Shown one piece after another: positions 20,781-30,034 of a DNA stretch of 64,000 nt. Position numbers and translations under genes: made by a program. The stretch spans positions 4,064,001-4,128,000 of the forward strand of contig OZ242180.1 in the NCBI GenBank assembly GCA_965205485.1. The letters run 5' to 3'. The first letter of the stretch is position 1. Each line of letters starts with the position of its first letter. The stretch is from Candidatus Latescibacterota bacterium (lineage in GTDB: Bacteria > Latescibacterota > UBA2968 > GCA-2709665). The notes below the pieces were generated by a model. It saw nothing but the letters and a program-made list of their open reading frames with translations, searched no databases and was not told where the DNA came from.

Positions 20781-23234
20781 ATGGCTGAAAGCGGATACGA
20801 TTTTGAGGCGATCGAGTCAAAGTGGCGCGCGCGCTGGGAGCAGACCGGTATCTACAGGAGCGGCGTGAAGGAAGGCAGGCCCAAGCATTATGCGCTGACC
20901 ATGTTGCCGTACACCTCGGGTGACCTGCACATCGGACACTGGTACGCGATGGCGCCCTCCGACGCACGCGCGAGATGGATGCGGATGAAGGGATACAACG
21001 TCTTGTTTCCAATAGGGTTTGACGCGTTCGGACTGCCAGCGGAGAACGCCGCAATCGAACGGGGGATTCATCCTGCCAAATGGACGATGGACAACGTCGA
21101 GCGCATGCGGCGACACCTGAAGAGAATGGGCGCGATGTTCGACTGGGAGAGGGAGATCGTTACGTGTGAACCCGAGTACTACAAGTGGACGCAGTGGCTC
21201 TTCCTGCAGTTCTATCGCCACGGATTGGCGTATCGGAAGAAGGCCCCGGTAGACTGGTGCCCGCGCTGCAATACAACGCTTGCCAGGGAGCAGGTGTGGG
21301 GTGACGACCGCCACTGCGAACGATGCGATACCCCCGTTGTGAAAAAGGACCTGGATCAATGGTTGTTCCGGATTACGAAATACGCGGATTCGCTGCTGGA
21401 TTTTTCGGGCCTGGACTGGCCTGACCGGGTCGAATCGATGCAGACCAACTGGGTCGGCCGCAGCGACGGGGTGGAGTTCGAGATGAACGTGAAGGGTTCG
21501 GAGGCGTCGTTTCGGGTTTTCACCACCCGCGCGGACACGATCTTCGGGGTTACGTTCGCGGTTCTGGCGCCGGAACATCCGCTTGTCGATACGATAACAA
21601 CGCGGTCCCGGTTGGCCGAGGTCGCGTCGTACCGGGAAAAGGCGGGCCGGCGGACCGAAATCGACCGGTTGTCGCTGGACAAGGAGCGGGACGGCGTCTT
21701 TACCGGAGCGTTTGCGATCAACCCGATGAACGACGCCGAGGTGCCCATCTATATCGCCGATTATGTGCTTACGACGTACGGAACCGGCGCGATCATGGCC
21801 GTGCCCGGACACGACGAACGGGATTTCGGCTTCGCGAAACGTTACGGATTGCCCGTTCCAACGGTCATCGCGCCTCCGGACTGGGATGGCCGCCCTCTGC
21901 GGCGTCCGTACGAGGGCAAGGGCACGCTGGTCAATTCGGGCCGGTTCAGCGGCATGCCGTCCGACGACGCGAAGAGCGCGGTGGCCGAAGATCTTGAAGA
22001 CCGGGGACGCGGTGAGCGGAAGGTCAACTATCGGCTGCACGACTGGCTGATTTCCCGGCAGCGGTATTGGGGGTGTCCCATTCCCATCGTCTATTGCGCC
22101 GACTGCGGCGTGGTGCCGGTCCCGGAGGCAGACCTTCCCGTAAGATTGCCGGAGGACGCGGAATTTCTGCCGACGGGCGAATCTCCGCTCAAACATCACG
22201 GTGGGTTTCTGAATACGACCTGTCCGGCGTGCCATGGGGAGGCGCAGAGAGAGACCGATACGATGGACACGTTCATGTGTTCTTCGTGGTATCAGTACCG
22301 GTACCTCAGCCCGGATTACGGCGCGGGCCCGTTCGATCCGGAAGAGGGGGCGTACTGGCTGCCGGTGGATCAGTATACAGGCGGCATAGAACACGCCACG
22401 ATGCACCTGCTCTATACCCGTTTCTTCACGAGGGCGATGCGGGATATGAAGCTGATCGCCACGGACGAAGCCGAGCCCATGGTCCGGTTGTTCAACCAGG
22501 GGATCATCCTCGGCGAGGATTTGGAGAAAATGAGCAAGTCCCGGGGAAACGTGGTGAACCCGGACGACCTCATCGATGCGCACGGCGTCGACAGCGTTCG
22601 TGTGTATCTGATGTTCATCAGCCGCTGGGATCAGGGGGGCCCGTGGAACTCGGCGAGCATGGAAGGCGTTCCCCGGTTTCTGAACCGGGTCTGGTCGCTT
22701 GTCATGGAGCCGGCGGCGTCAGCCGGCGAACCCCCGGGCACGGCGGAGACAACGGAATTGCGAAGGACCACGCACCAGGCCATCAAGAAGGTATCGGAAG
22801 ATCTGGAATCGTTCGACTTCAACACGGCCGTCGCCGCACTGATGACCTACGTCAATCGTCTTGGCAAAGTGAAAGCCGCTGCGGCCCTCGAATCGGATGC
22901 ATGGAACGACGCAATTCGTACGCTGTGCCTCCTGTTGGCGCCTTTTGCGCCGCATATATCGGAAGAACTGTGGGCGCGCATCGGGGAGAGCTACAGCGTC
23001 CACGAGCAGGCCTGGCCGGAATGGGACGAGGAACTCGCGCGTCCGGCAACCATTCAGATGCCGGTGCAGGTCAACGGCAAGGTCCGCGCCCGGTTTCAGG
23101 TGGAGGTGGATGCCGAGGGGGAAGACGTCAGGCGTCTGGCACTGGAACAGCCGAATGTAAAGAACCATCTTGCAGGCAGGGCGCCCAGGAAGGTGATTGT
23201 CGTTCCCAATCGCCTCGTCAATATCGTGGCGTAG
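20781..23234 (+). CDS. leuS: Leucine-tRNA ligase
   Basis: HIGH and KMSKS motifs, 'YGTGAIMAVPGHD' editing domain, 'DWLISRQRYWG'. Confidence 0.98.
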   Translation: MAESGYDFEAIESKWRARWEQTGIYRSGVKEGRPKHYALTMLPYTSGDLHIGHWYAMAPSDARARWMRMKGYNVLFPIGFDAFGLPAENAAIERGIHPAKWTMDNVERMRRHLKRMGAMFDWEREIVTCEPEYYKWTQWLFLQFYRHGLAYRKKAPVDWCPRCNTTLAREQVWGDDRHCERCDTPVVKKDLDQWLFRITKYADSLLDFSGLDWPDRVESMQTNWVGRSDGVEFEMNVKGSEASFRVFTTRADTIFGVTFAVLAPEHPLVDTITTRSRLAEVASYREKAGRRTEIDRLSLDKERDGVFTGAFAINPMNDAEVPIYIADYVLTTYGTGAIMAVPGHDERDFGFAKRYGLPVPTVIAPPDWDGRPLRRPYEGKGTLVNSGRFSGMPSDDAKSAVAEDLEDRGRGERKVNYRLHDWLISRQRYWGCPIPIVYCADCGVVPVPEADLPVRLPEDAEFLPTGESPLKHHGGFLNTTCPACHGEAQRETDTMDTFMCSSWYQYRYLSPDYGAGPFDPEEGAYWLPVDQYTGGIEHATMHLLYTRFFTRAMRDMKLIATDEAEPMVRLFNQGIILGEDLEKMSKSRGNVVNPDDLIDAHGVDSVRVYLMFISRWDQGGPWNSASMEGVPRFLNRVWSLVMEPAASAGEPPGTAETTELRRTTHQAIKKVSEDLESFDFNTAVAALMTYVNRLGKVKAAAALESDAWNDAIRTLCLLLAPFAPHISEELWARIGESYSVHEQAWPEWDEELARPATIQMPVQVNGKVRARFQVEVDAEGEDVRRLALEQPNVKNHLAGRAPRKVIVVPNRLVNIVA

Positions 23235-23273
23235 AAAAACCCCGGGATCGTTGAGCGATTCCGGGGTTTTTTT
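23235..23273. terminator. Bidirectional intrinsic terminator between convergent leuS and gcvT
   Basis: AAAAACCCCGGGATCG...CGATTCCGGGGTTTTTTT. Confidence 0.9.
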
Positions 23274-23311
23274 CGGATGTGGGGGGAACCGGAAGGGCAG
23301 GGAGGAGGACG

Positions 23312-24421
23312 TCAACTTCCCGGGCGCCGATAATACGGCCGGCGAACCACGCGTGCCCGAAGCCGCCGGTTTCGGATGGCAACGTGAAGCTCCTGTCCAC
23401 GCCGGGCATGCTTCGGGTCCACAAAGCCCATGGCGATGATCTCGCCGGTCCAGGGTGAGACCGACCCGCTGGTGATCACACCCGCGGCGCTGCCGTCCGA
23501 ACGATGAATGACGTAACCCTGGCGTGGAATGCCCCTGTCGATCATTTCCAGCATCACCAGCCTCTTGCTGACGCCGCCCGCCAGCTGTTCCCGGATCGCT
23601 TCCGAACCGATATATGCCCCGGTTTTCGCCACGGCGAAGCCGAGATTGGCTTCCAGCGGGGACGTATCCTCGTCGAGTTCGTGCCCGTAAAGGGCGAGAG
23701 AAGCCTCCAGCCGGAGGGTATCGCGGGCCCCCAGCCCGGCGGGTACAGCTCCTGCGTGCCTGCCCTCGTCGAGAAGTGCGCGCCACAGCGATTCCACCTC
23801 GTTCGACCCCACGAAGATTTCAAAGCCGTTTTCCCCCGTATAACCCGAGGCGGCGAGCATAACCGGTACACCTGCGAGGGTGAACGGGCGTACTTCGTGG
23901 AAGCCGAGGGACGCGACGCCGTCCGGCGTCATCACCGAAAGGATTTCAGCCGCTGCAGGACCCTGGAATGCCAGAAGGGCCCCGTCGTCAAACCGGTTCT
24001 CAAGACGGACGCCGCTCCGGCCGGTCCCGGCGGAACGAATGTGCGCCCAGTCCTTTTTCCGGTTCGAGGCGTTGACAACGAGTGTGTATACGTCCTGACC
24101 CGTCCGGTAGACCATCATGTCGTCGATGGTACCGCCGCGTTCGTTGAGGAGAAAGGAATAGTGGCATCTGCCGACGTCCAGCTTCCGGATGTCGTTGGCC
24201 GCCAGGTACTGCAGGAAATCCTGCGCGCCGGTCCCTGAGACCTGGATCTGCCCCATGTGGCTGACGTCAAACAGTCCCGCCGCCGTACGCACCGCACGAT
24301 GTTCGGCAACGATGCCTGTATACTGAACGGGCATTTCCCAACCGCCGAATTCCACCATTTTGGCCTTCAACTTGACGTGCTGCCGGTAGAGTGGGGTGCG
24401 TTTCAGGGTTGTATTGTCCAT
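23312..24421 (-). CDS. gcvT: Glycine cleavage system aminomethyltransferase T
   Basis: 'FGGWEMPVQY', 'GLFDVSHMG', 'GYTGENGFEI', 'GLGARDTLRLEA'. Confidence 0.96.
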   Translation of the reverse strand: MDNTTLKRTPLYRQHVKLKAKMVEFGGWEMPVQYTGIVAEHRAVRTAAGLFDVSHMGQIQVSGTGAQDFLQYLAANDIRKLDVGRCHYSFLLNERGGTIDDMMVYRTGQDVYTLVVNASNRKKDWAHIRSAGTGRSGVRLENRFDDGALLAFQGPAAAEILSVMTPDGVASLGFHEVRPFTLAGVPVMLAASGYTGENGFEIFVGSNEVESLWRALLDEGRHAGAVPAGLGARDTLRLEASLALYGHELDEDTSPLEANLGFAVAKTGAYIGSEAIREQLAGGVSKRLVMLEMIDRGIPRQGYVIHRSDGSAAGVITSGSVSPWTGEIIAMGFVDPKHARRGQELHVAIRNRRLRARVVRRPYYRRPGS

Positions 24422-24463
24422 TGTGTGCATCCTTCCGAAATGCGATGCGATCGTGGATCATCC

Positions 24464-24502
24464 TTGAATTCAGGAATGAAATTTCTTATAATAATTCAGG
24501 AA
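24464..24502 (+). promoter_or_regulatory. sigma70 promoter with two AATTCAGGAA direct repeats
   Basis: TTGAAT (24464-24469), 17 nt, TATAAT (24487-24492). AATTCAGGAA at 24467-24476 and 24493-24502. Confidence 0.65.
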
Positions 24503-24531
24503 AATAAATAGAATAATCAAGTGACGGAGGA

Positions 24532-25203
24532 ATGATGCCCAGCGCCCCGATCGCCGAGTCTGAGCACCTGACCATCGAACAAGCCGCGAATTTGCTGAAA
24601 GTGACCACGAAAACGGTCCGAAACTACATCGATCGGGAATATCTGACGGCCCGGAAGTGGAATGGCGCGTGGAGAATCCCGAAGGGAAATATATTAGAAA
24701 TTTACAGGAAAAAATATGGAAAAACTCTGGAGCGTGAAAGGCTGGAAGGACTCCGGAACGAGTCTTTCGTTCAGCTCGATCGTGGCGACTACGACCGGTT
24801 GCAGCAGCGAATCGGAAAACTGGATGGCGTCGAGCGGGCGCTGGCGGAACGCACGGCCGAAATCAAGGCGATGAACGAACGGCAGGCCCAGCTCGAAGGC
24901 TCGTCCGCATCCGGATGGACCGAAGCGCGAAAATACAAGGATGACGTTGAACGAATGCGCGAAAATCTCCGGGCGGCGGAAAAAGCCCGCGAGGAGGCGG
25001 CTTTATCTGCGCATTGGCTCAGAAAAGAACTCGGCCGGCTCGGGGAAGAGCGCAAATCCCTGAGAGAAAAGAACAAGGTACTCGAAAACAGCTGTGAGGC
25101 ATTCAAAGAAGACCTGGCAGGCAAAAACCGGGAAATAGGACGCCTGAAGACCGAATTATCCGCTCTACAGAACAAAAACGATAAAAATAAGCCTTTCGAG
25201 TAG
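24532..25203 (+). CDS. Excisionase/MerR-like HTH plus long coiled-coil protein
   Basis: 'LTIEQAANLLKVTTKTVRNYI...L.A.K...WRIP' HTH_17-like N-terminus, heptad-rich C-terminus, GGAGG RBS. Confidence 0.8.
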   Translation: MMPSAPIAESEHLTIEQAANLLKVTTKTVRNYIDREYLTARKWNGAWRIPKGNILEIYRKKYGKTLERERLEGLRNESFVQLDRGDYDRLQQRIGKLDGVERALAERTAEIKAMNERQAQLEGSSASGWTEARKYKDDVERMRENLRAAEKAREEAALSAHWLRKELGRLGEERKSLREKNKVLENSCEAFKEDLAGKNREIGRLKTELSALQNKNDKNKPFE

Positions 25204-25247
25204 AACAACGCCGGAAAACGGGAAACAACCCTGTCTTGAGAGCATCA

Positions 25248-25275
25248 AGTTTACATAATATATCTTATACCGGTT
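25248..25275 (-). other. dif: dif site (XerC/XerD recombination site)
   Basis: Minus strand AACCGGTATAA-GATATA-TTATGTAAACT, an 11-6-11 layout with a canonical XerD arm, located at the point of gene-strand convergence. Confidence 0.85.
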
Positions 25276-25326
25276 TTGGTCGGGTTCAACCGGAAATGGA
25301 ATACGGCAACTGTTGCGTGTGATTTT

Positions 25327-28300
25327 TCACGTCGAGAGATCGAGTAACGCGATCCCCCGTCCAGTGGCGCACATGAACCCGCCTCCCGCCGCGGCGAGTG
25401 ACGTGACGTTCTCGGGCATTTCCAAGGAGCCCTGGCAGCATCCCTCGACGTCGTACGTCCGGATCTCCTGGCGGTCGGCGGCGACGGCGATTGTGCCGCC
25501 TGACTCGGCTAGCGCGTGGATCCACTGCGCTTCGTGGCGCTGCCATTTAAGATTGCCGCTGAAATCGAACCCGTAGAGCCCGCCGAATTCGCACGCCGCA
25601 ATCAGTACGTCGTCCAGGACGACGAGCCCCGTGATTTCCCCCACCAGGTTGATATGCCACAGCTCCGCGCCGTCCTGGGGTTTGACGGCATAGATCCAAC
25701 CGTCCTCAGTACCGTAAACGACCTCCAGAACGCCGTCGCGGTCCAGGTCGCACAGCACCAACTGTTTCAGACCGATGCCGCGCCTGGGCGTTGTGGCGTT
25801 GCCGTGCGATCCGACCTGCTCGAACGTGGACCAGCGAAACGATCCGTCGAAATTGTGTACGGTCAGCGGCGTGTAATATTCCGTGCCCGCCAGAACCTCG
25901 GCCCTGCCGTCGCCGTCCACGTCGGCCGCTTTCAGCGCGGTGATGGCGTGGTATCGAAACCACTCGGCCCATTTGGGACTCCCGTCGTTCGCAAAGACGT
26001 TGACGAACCATCCCTCGGTACCGGCAAGCACGCTCAGGTCGCCGTTTCCCTCCAGGTCCGCAACCGCGATGCCGGAAACCCGCGTGCCGCGATTGAACAT
26101 ATTCGCCATCGGGCGCCGCCACCGTTCCGCACCGGAATTCCCTTCCAGGACAATCAGTTGCGAGTCCTCGGTTCCCACCATGGCTTCCGGATTCCCGTCG
26201 CCGTCGATATCCGATATAAGCACACGGCTGGCGCCGCCTTCCGCGTCGACCGGCGCGGTCCAGTCCGCCTCGCCGGTGGCCTCCAGCAGGCAGGAGACCT
26301 CCCCGCCATGAGCCAGAAGCAATCGGTCTTCGGCTGAGACGGAGACGTCCCGGACTTCGGCAGGGAACGTGCGGCGCCATCGTTCGGTCAGCCCACCGGA
26401 AGCCGGCCGGGGACGTGGTGGCGGCTTCGTGGCCGGGGCTTCTCGCGCGGAACGGATCGCCGCTGCAAGTTCCGCTTGATCCTGCGCGTGTTCGGACCTG
26501 TCGACCTCTCGTCCGGCCAGCCGTTCGATGCCGTGTGCAACGACCTGGTCTCCACGGACGAGGCACCCGAACATGCTTCCGGAAAGCTGAAGACCATCCA
26601 GTTCCAGGTCTCCGGCGCCCAACAGCGTGACTTCGTCTCCATCCGTTACCCTTACCGCGTCAGGACCGATTCTCTCGATGCGAACGCCAGAATCCGGGGT
26701 GAGCAGATTCATAAAGGTAACTGACGTTCCCGCGTCGAGGGCACACGCCGTTCGCTGATGCAGTACGGAAATCGTCCCGTCCGAAAAAGGGTAGCTCCCC
26801 CATCGGCTCTTGACGTGCGGATCCGGAACGATCTCCTGCCGTGCGCCGTTCGCGTTACGGATGTGAAACCGCTCTCCCTCCTGTAAGATGTGTACCCCGC
26901 CGGCATCGAGCGCCGTGTCCCCCACCGTTCGCCACAGGCACTGCAGACGATACTCCCCCGCTTCAATGCAGCGCAGCCGGTCCATGACCACCATGTATCG
27001 ACCCTTGCGCCAGAAAATGTCCCGCTGCCAGTCCACGCCGTTGTATCCCGTGGCTTCGGAACGGAGCGTGGCGAGCTCCGCGCCGTCATTGCTGATGCTC
27101 AAGGATGCCAGAGGTGGAATGACCACGCCGTCACCCGGCGATTTGAGAACCCCGACGCCGTCGCGCATCACCGTAACGGAATTGTGAAACCTGGGCGCCG
27201 CGCGGATGTAATCCCCGTCCGCCAGCCAGGCCCTGTTGTTCCAGGTCAGCCGGACGATCGCATTGGTATCCTCGTGTCCGTGGCAGGTCGTGCCGATGCC
27301 TTCCAGCAGCATGTACTCGCCCCGGGGATCGAAATCACGGCGCAGGGACAATTTGTCGAAATACCGTTTGCCGGGTTCCGGATGATGCGCCTCCGGCGTG
27401 TATCGACGCACCCAGGACAGCACGGCATCGGGCATATCCATCACGCAGATTCCAAGCAGGTCGCGGGGCGCTTCCGGCGCGCACCCTTCAATGGCGAAGC
27501 CGTCGCCGACGAAATCGACCGCGGAATAGAGACCGTGCAGCGCCCGGTCCGGCGGAGGCCGTTTCCCCTCTCCAAGCCAGTTCAATGTCCAGAGGTGCCC
27601 GGGGTCCGGACGATGCCAGGTCGAGACCATCAACGGCCAGAGGCGCGCTTCCCAACCGTCCGCGGAGAACCGGGAATATCCGGAAGTATCGCCGTAACCG
27701 CATTCGCCGCGCATATTGTCGGTAGTGACAACGGCCAGTTTGCACAGATCCGCCACGTGGCCACCGGTAATGTAACGGTCGTCGCCGCGGTACAGAAAAT
27801 AGTTGAGCGTCTCCTGGGGAACGTGCCAGACATACCCCACTCCCCCATCGTCATCCGGCTTGTAGCAATCCACCTGACCATCGAATATGCGGCTTGCGAT
27901 CTCATTCGCCCGCCGAAACTCCCGGATGCCGTGCCGTCTGGTCATGTAGTCGCCGCCCACCGCCAGGTTCAACCCGATGAACGTCGTGTGGTTCTGCCGG
28001 ATTTCACCCGGAGGATTCACTTCCTCCGAGACGTACGAGAGTTCCATAAGATGTCTCAGCAATTCGCCGAACATCGTGACGGCCCCCCGGCGGTCTTCAT
28101 CGCTGAACACGGGGTTGTCTTCCGCCAGGTCCCACAGGTGGATGTAGAGGTGCAGGTTGAAGAAACAGTGGTAGGCCTCCGGATGCGCGCGGCACTCCGC
28201 CCGCCACGGTTCTATCGATCCCTTCAGGATTTCCACCGCCGCTCGCGCCCAGACCGGATGATCGGTCAGATAGTGATGCCAGAGATAGGACAGCAGGTTG

Positions 28301-28869
28301 CCGCCGCGGAAGGGAGAGGCCGACCATCCCGTTCCCCAGATCTTCAGATCGTCCTTGACCATCCGGTCTTTCTCCGAAGCATCCGGCAGGCGCGGGAGTC
28401 CATGGACTGAAGACGCGGCGTGGACGCGATTCAGAATGCCGCTGCCGGCCGAGACGATGTCCCGCAGGACCTCGAGAGCCGCCTCCAGTCCCTCGCGGGA
28501 GCTGGCGCCCGCGACAATGCAATTGCGGCCGTAACCGAACGGGTCTGAAATGGATTTGACCAGATAGCCGTTCGCACCCGGGAAATGGGTATCCACAAAA
28601 CAACACCGGGCGGTATACAATCGCTGGATCGCCCGGTTATTTGCCAGATTTCCGCAGGCAATGACGTGTTTTTCACGGAACATCGCCGGTTGGAAATATC
28701 GCTGGGTGATCGTTTCAGGTGGTCGACCCACCTTCCCCACCGCGTTGCGAACGCCGGCGACGGCGGAATGACGCTCCATGTCGTCCGGGACCACCAGCAC
28801 GACGTCGTCGGCCAGGTCGGTCGGCTGAAACTCACGCGACCGGGTCATTTTCAGCTCCGGGCGCGTCAT
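25327..28869 (-). CDS. Large protein: heparinase II/III-like core plus C-terminal PQQ/FG-GAP beta-propeller
   Basis: 'QNH', 'HGHED.N', 'FHNSV' lyase-like motifs; repeated DxDGDG (FG-GAP) and W-docking propeller motifs. Confidence 0.65.
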   Translation of the reverse strand: MTRPELKMTRSREFQPTDLADDVVLVVPDDMERHSAVAGVRNAVGKVGRPPETITQRYFQPAMFREKHVIACGNLANNRAIQRLYTARCCFVDTHFPGANGYLVKSISDPFGYGRNCIVAGASSREGLEAALEVLRDIVSAGSGILNRVHAASSVHGLPRLPDASEKDRMVKDDLKIWGTGWSASPFRGGNLLSYLWHHYLTDHPVWARAAVEILKGSIEPWRAECRAHPEAYHCFFNLHLYIHLWDLAEDNPVFSDEDRRGAVTMFGELLRHLMELSYVSEEVNPPGEIRQNHTTFIGLNLAVGGDYMTRRHGIREFRRANEIASRIFDGQVDCYKPDDDGGVGYVWHVPQETLNYFLYRGDDRYITGGHVADLCKLAVVTTDNMRGECGYGDTSGYSRFSADGWEARLWPLMVSTWHRPDPGHLWTLNWLGEGKRPPPDRALHGLYSAVDFVGDGFAIEGCAPEAPRDLLGICVMDMPDAVLSWVRRYTPEAHHPEPGKRYFDKLSLRRDFDPRGEYMLLEGIGTTCHGHEDTNAIVRLTWNNRAWLADGDYIRAAPRFHNSVTVMRDGVGVLKSPGDGVVIPPLASLSISNDGAELATLRSEATGYNGVDWQRDIFWRKGRYMVVMDRLRCIEAGEYRLQCLWRTVGDTALDAGGVHILQEGERFHIRNANGARQEIVPDPHVKSRWGSYPFSDGTISVLHQRTACALDAGTSVTFMNLLTPDSGVRIERIGPDAVRVTDGDEVTLLGAGDLELDGLQLSGSMFGCLVRGDQVVAHGIERLAGREVDRSEHAQDQAELAAAIRSAREAPATKPPPRPRPASGGLTERWRRTFPAEVRDVSVSAEDRLLLAHGGEVSCLLEATGEADWTAPVDAEGGASRVLISDIDGDGNPEAMVGTEDSQLIVLEGNSGAERWRRPMANMFNRGTRVSGIAVADLEGNGDLSVLAGTEGWFVNVFANDGSPKWAEWFRYHAITALKAADVDGDGRAEVLAGTEYYTPLTVHNFDGSFRWSTFEQVGSHGNATTPRRGIGLKQLVLCDLDRDGVLEVVYGTEDGWIYAVKPQDGAELWHINLVGEITGLVVLDDVLIAACEFGGLYGFDFSGNLKWQRHEAQWIHALAESGGTIAVAADRQEIRTYDVEGCCQGSLEMPENVTSLAAAGGGFMCATGRGIALLDLST

Positions 28870-29561
28870 CCGGCACGACCCATCTGCTTGAGCTCCTCCT
28901 CGGCGCTTCGCGCAACCGGACTCCTGGCATAACGGTCCAGGATACGCTGCAGCAGCATTCCGGCCTGATCTGAGTCTCCCGATATTCTATAGCAGCGCGC
29001 GGCCTCCATGAGCGCGTTGGGCGCGAACGGGGAGTCCACGAATTCGTCGGCGAACGACAGGTATCTGGCCGCCGCGCCGGACGGATCGCCCAGTTCCTCC
29101 ATTGCGGCCGCAATACCGGACCAGGCGCTGTACCTCGCGGGCCCCGTTGCACCAAAGTCCTGCAGGTATTTCTCGAATGCAGCCTGTGCCTCCGCGTAGC
29201 GTCCGGTCTCGAAATAGAGGCCGCCCGCCAACTGAAGCGCCCGCCCCGCCGCGGCGTCGCCGCCATAGGCTTCCGCAATGCGTTCCGCATCCAGAATGGC
29301 ATCGTCGACCTGCCCCTGGAGCAACAATACCCGGACCCGGCCCTCCGCCTCCACGGCCTCCCTGGCCTGGGCGTCCATCTGGTGCATCACGAATACGCCG
29401 AGCAGGACCAGGACAACCACCCCGGCGCCGAAAACCAGCACCCGGACATAGTTCTCTTCCACATAAGCCCATGCCGCCAGTACTCTGTTGACAAACTCGT
29501 CCTGCCTGAGTTCCCGTCTGGTCATCCGTCCCCGCGTACCCTGCATCTGGCTTTCCTCCAT
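28866..29561 (-). CDS. YfgM-like membrane-anchored tetratricopeptide repeat protein
   Basis: 'TRRELRQDEF' N-terminus, a single TM helix and TPR-like helices; ATGA overlap with the next gene. Confidence 0.8.
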   Translation of the reverse strand: MEESQMQGTRGRMTRRELRQDEFVNRVLAAWAYVEENYVRVLVFGAGVVVLVLLGVFVMHQMDAQAREAVEAEGRVRVLLLQGQVDDAILDAERIAEAYGGDAAAGRALQLAGGLYFETGRYAEAQAAFEKYLQDFGATGPARYSAWSGIAAAMEELGDPSGAAARYLSFADEFVDSPFAPNALMEAARCYRISGDSDQAGMLLQRILDRYARSPVARSAEEELKQMGRAG

Positions 29562-29838
29562 TCCAAAACAGCGTGAGATGAATCTATGTCAATTCCCTAC
29601 TGTACCAGAAGTCGTAAATATAGGTATTTTCCAGGCGCCGGCCAAGCGAAAGACGGGTACCGCCGACCATTCCGATTTCCCGGCGGAATCGACGGACCGC
29701 GCAAACTTCCGGCCGCTGTTGACCCCGGCAGGCAGCTGCCGGACCCGTGAGGATTTCGTGCCGGGCTCTTGACGAAATGTAAAAGATTGCCCATATTTCG
29801 GGCCGGTGGGTATACGAGTCATTCGAATCCATTCCATA

Positions 29839-30000
29839 GAAGTTGTTTTAAAATTACCGGTGAGTTCCCGAGCGCGAGCGAAAAAGTGGCGGTCAAGGCG
29901 GGAAAACCCGCCCATATTTGTCTATACGGGTGGGTTTGACCAACGCCGACCGGCGCTTTTGCAGCCGTGCGAAGACCGCTGTGGATTTTAAAACAGCTTC
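29839..30000 (+). mobile_element. MITE family 1, copy C (shortest)
   Basis: GAAGTTGTTTTAAAATT ... ATTTTAAAACAGCTTC; ATA direct repeat. Confidence 0.85.
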
Positions 30001-30034
30001 ATAGACTGAACTTGACAGCCGGGATTCCCTGACA

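Noticed and set aside
20817..22583. Long antisense ORFs (e.g. 20817..22583, 26890..28410, 482..1948)
   Set aside because: These are shadow ORFs opposite well-supported genes, as expected in high-GC DNA.
24422..24531. Glycine riboswitch upstream of gcvT
   Set aside because: The region is short and AT-rich, lacks the aptamer consensus and is occupied by the divergent promoter.
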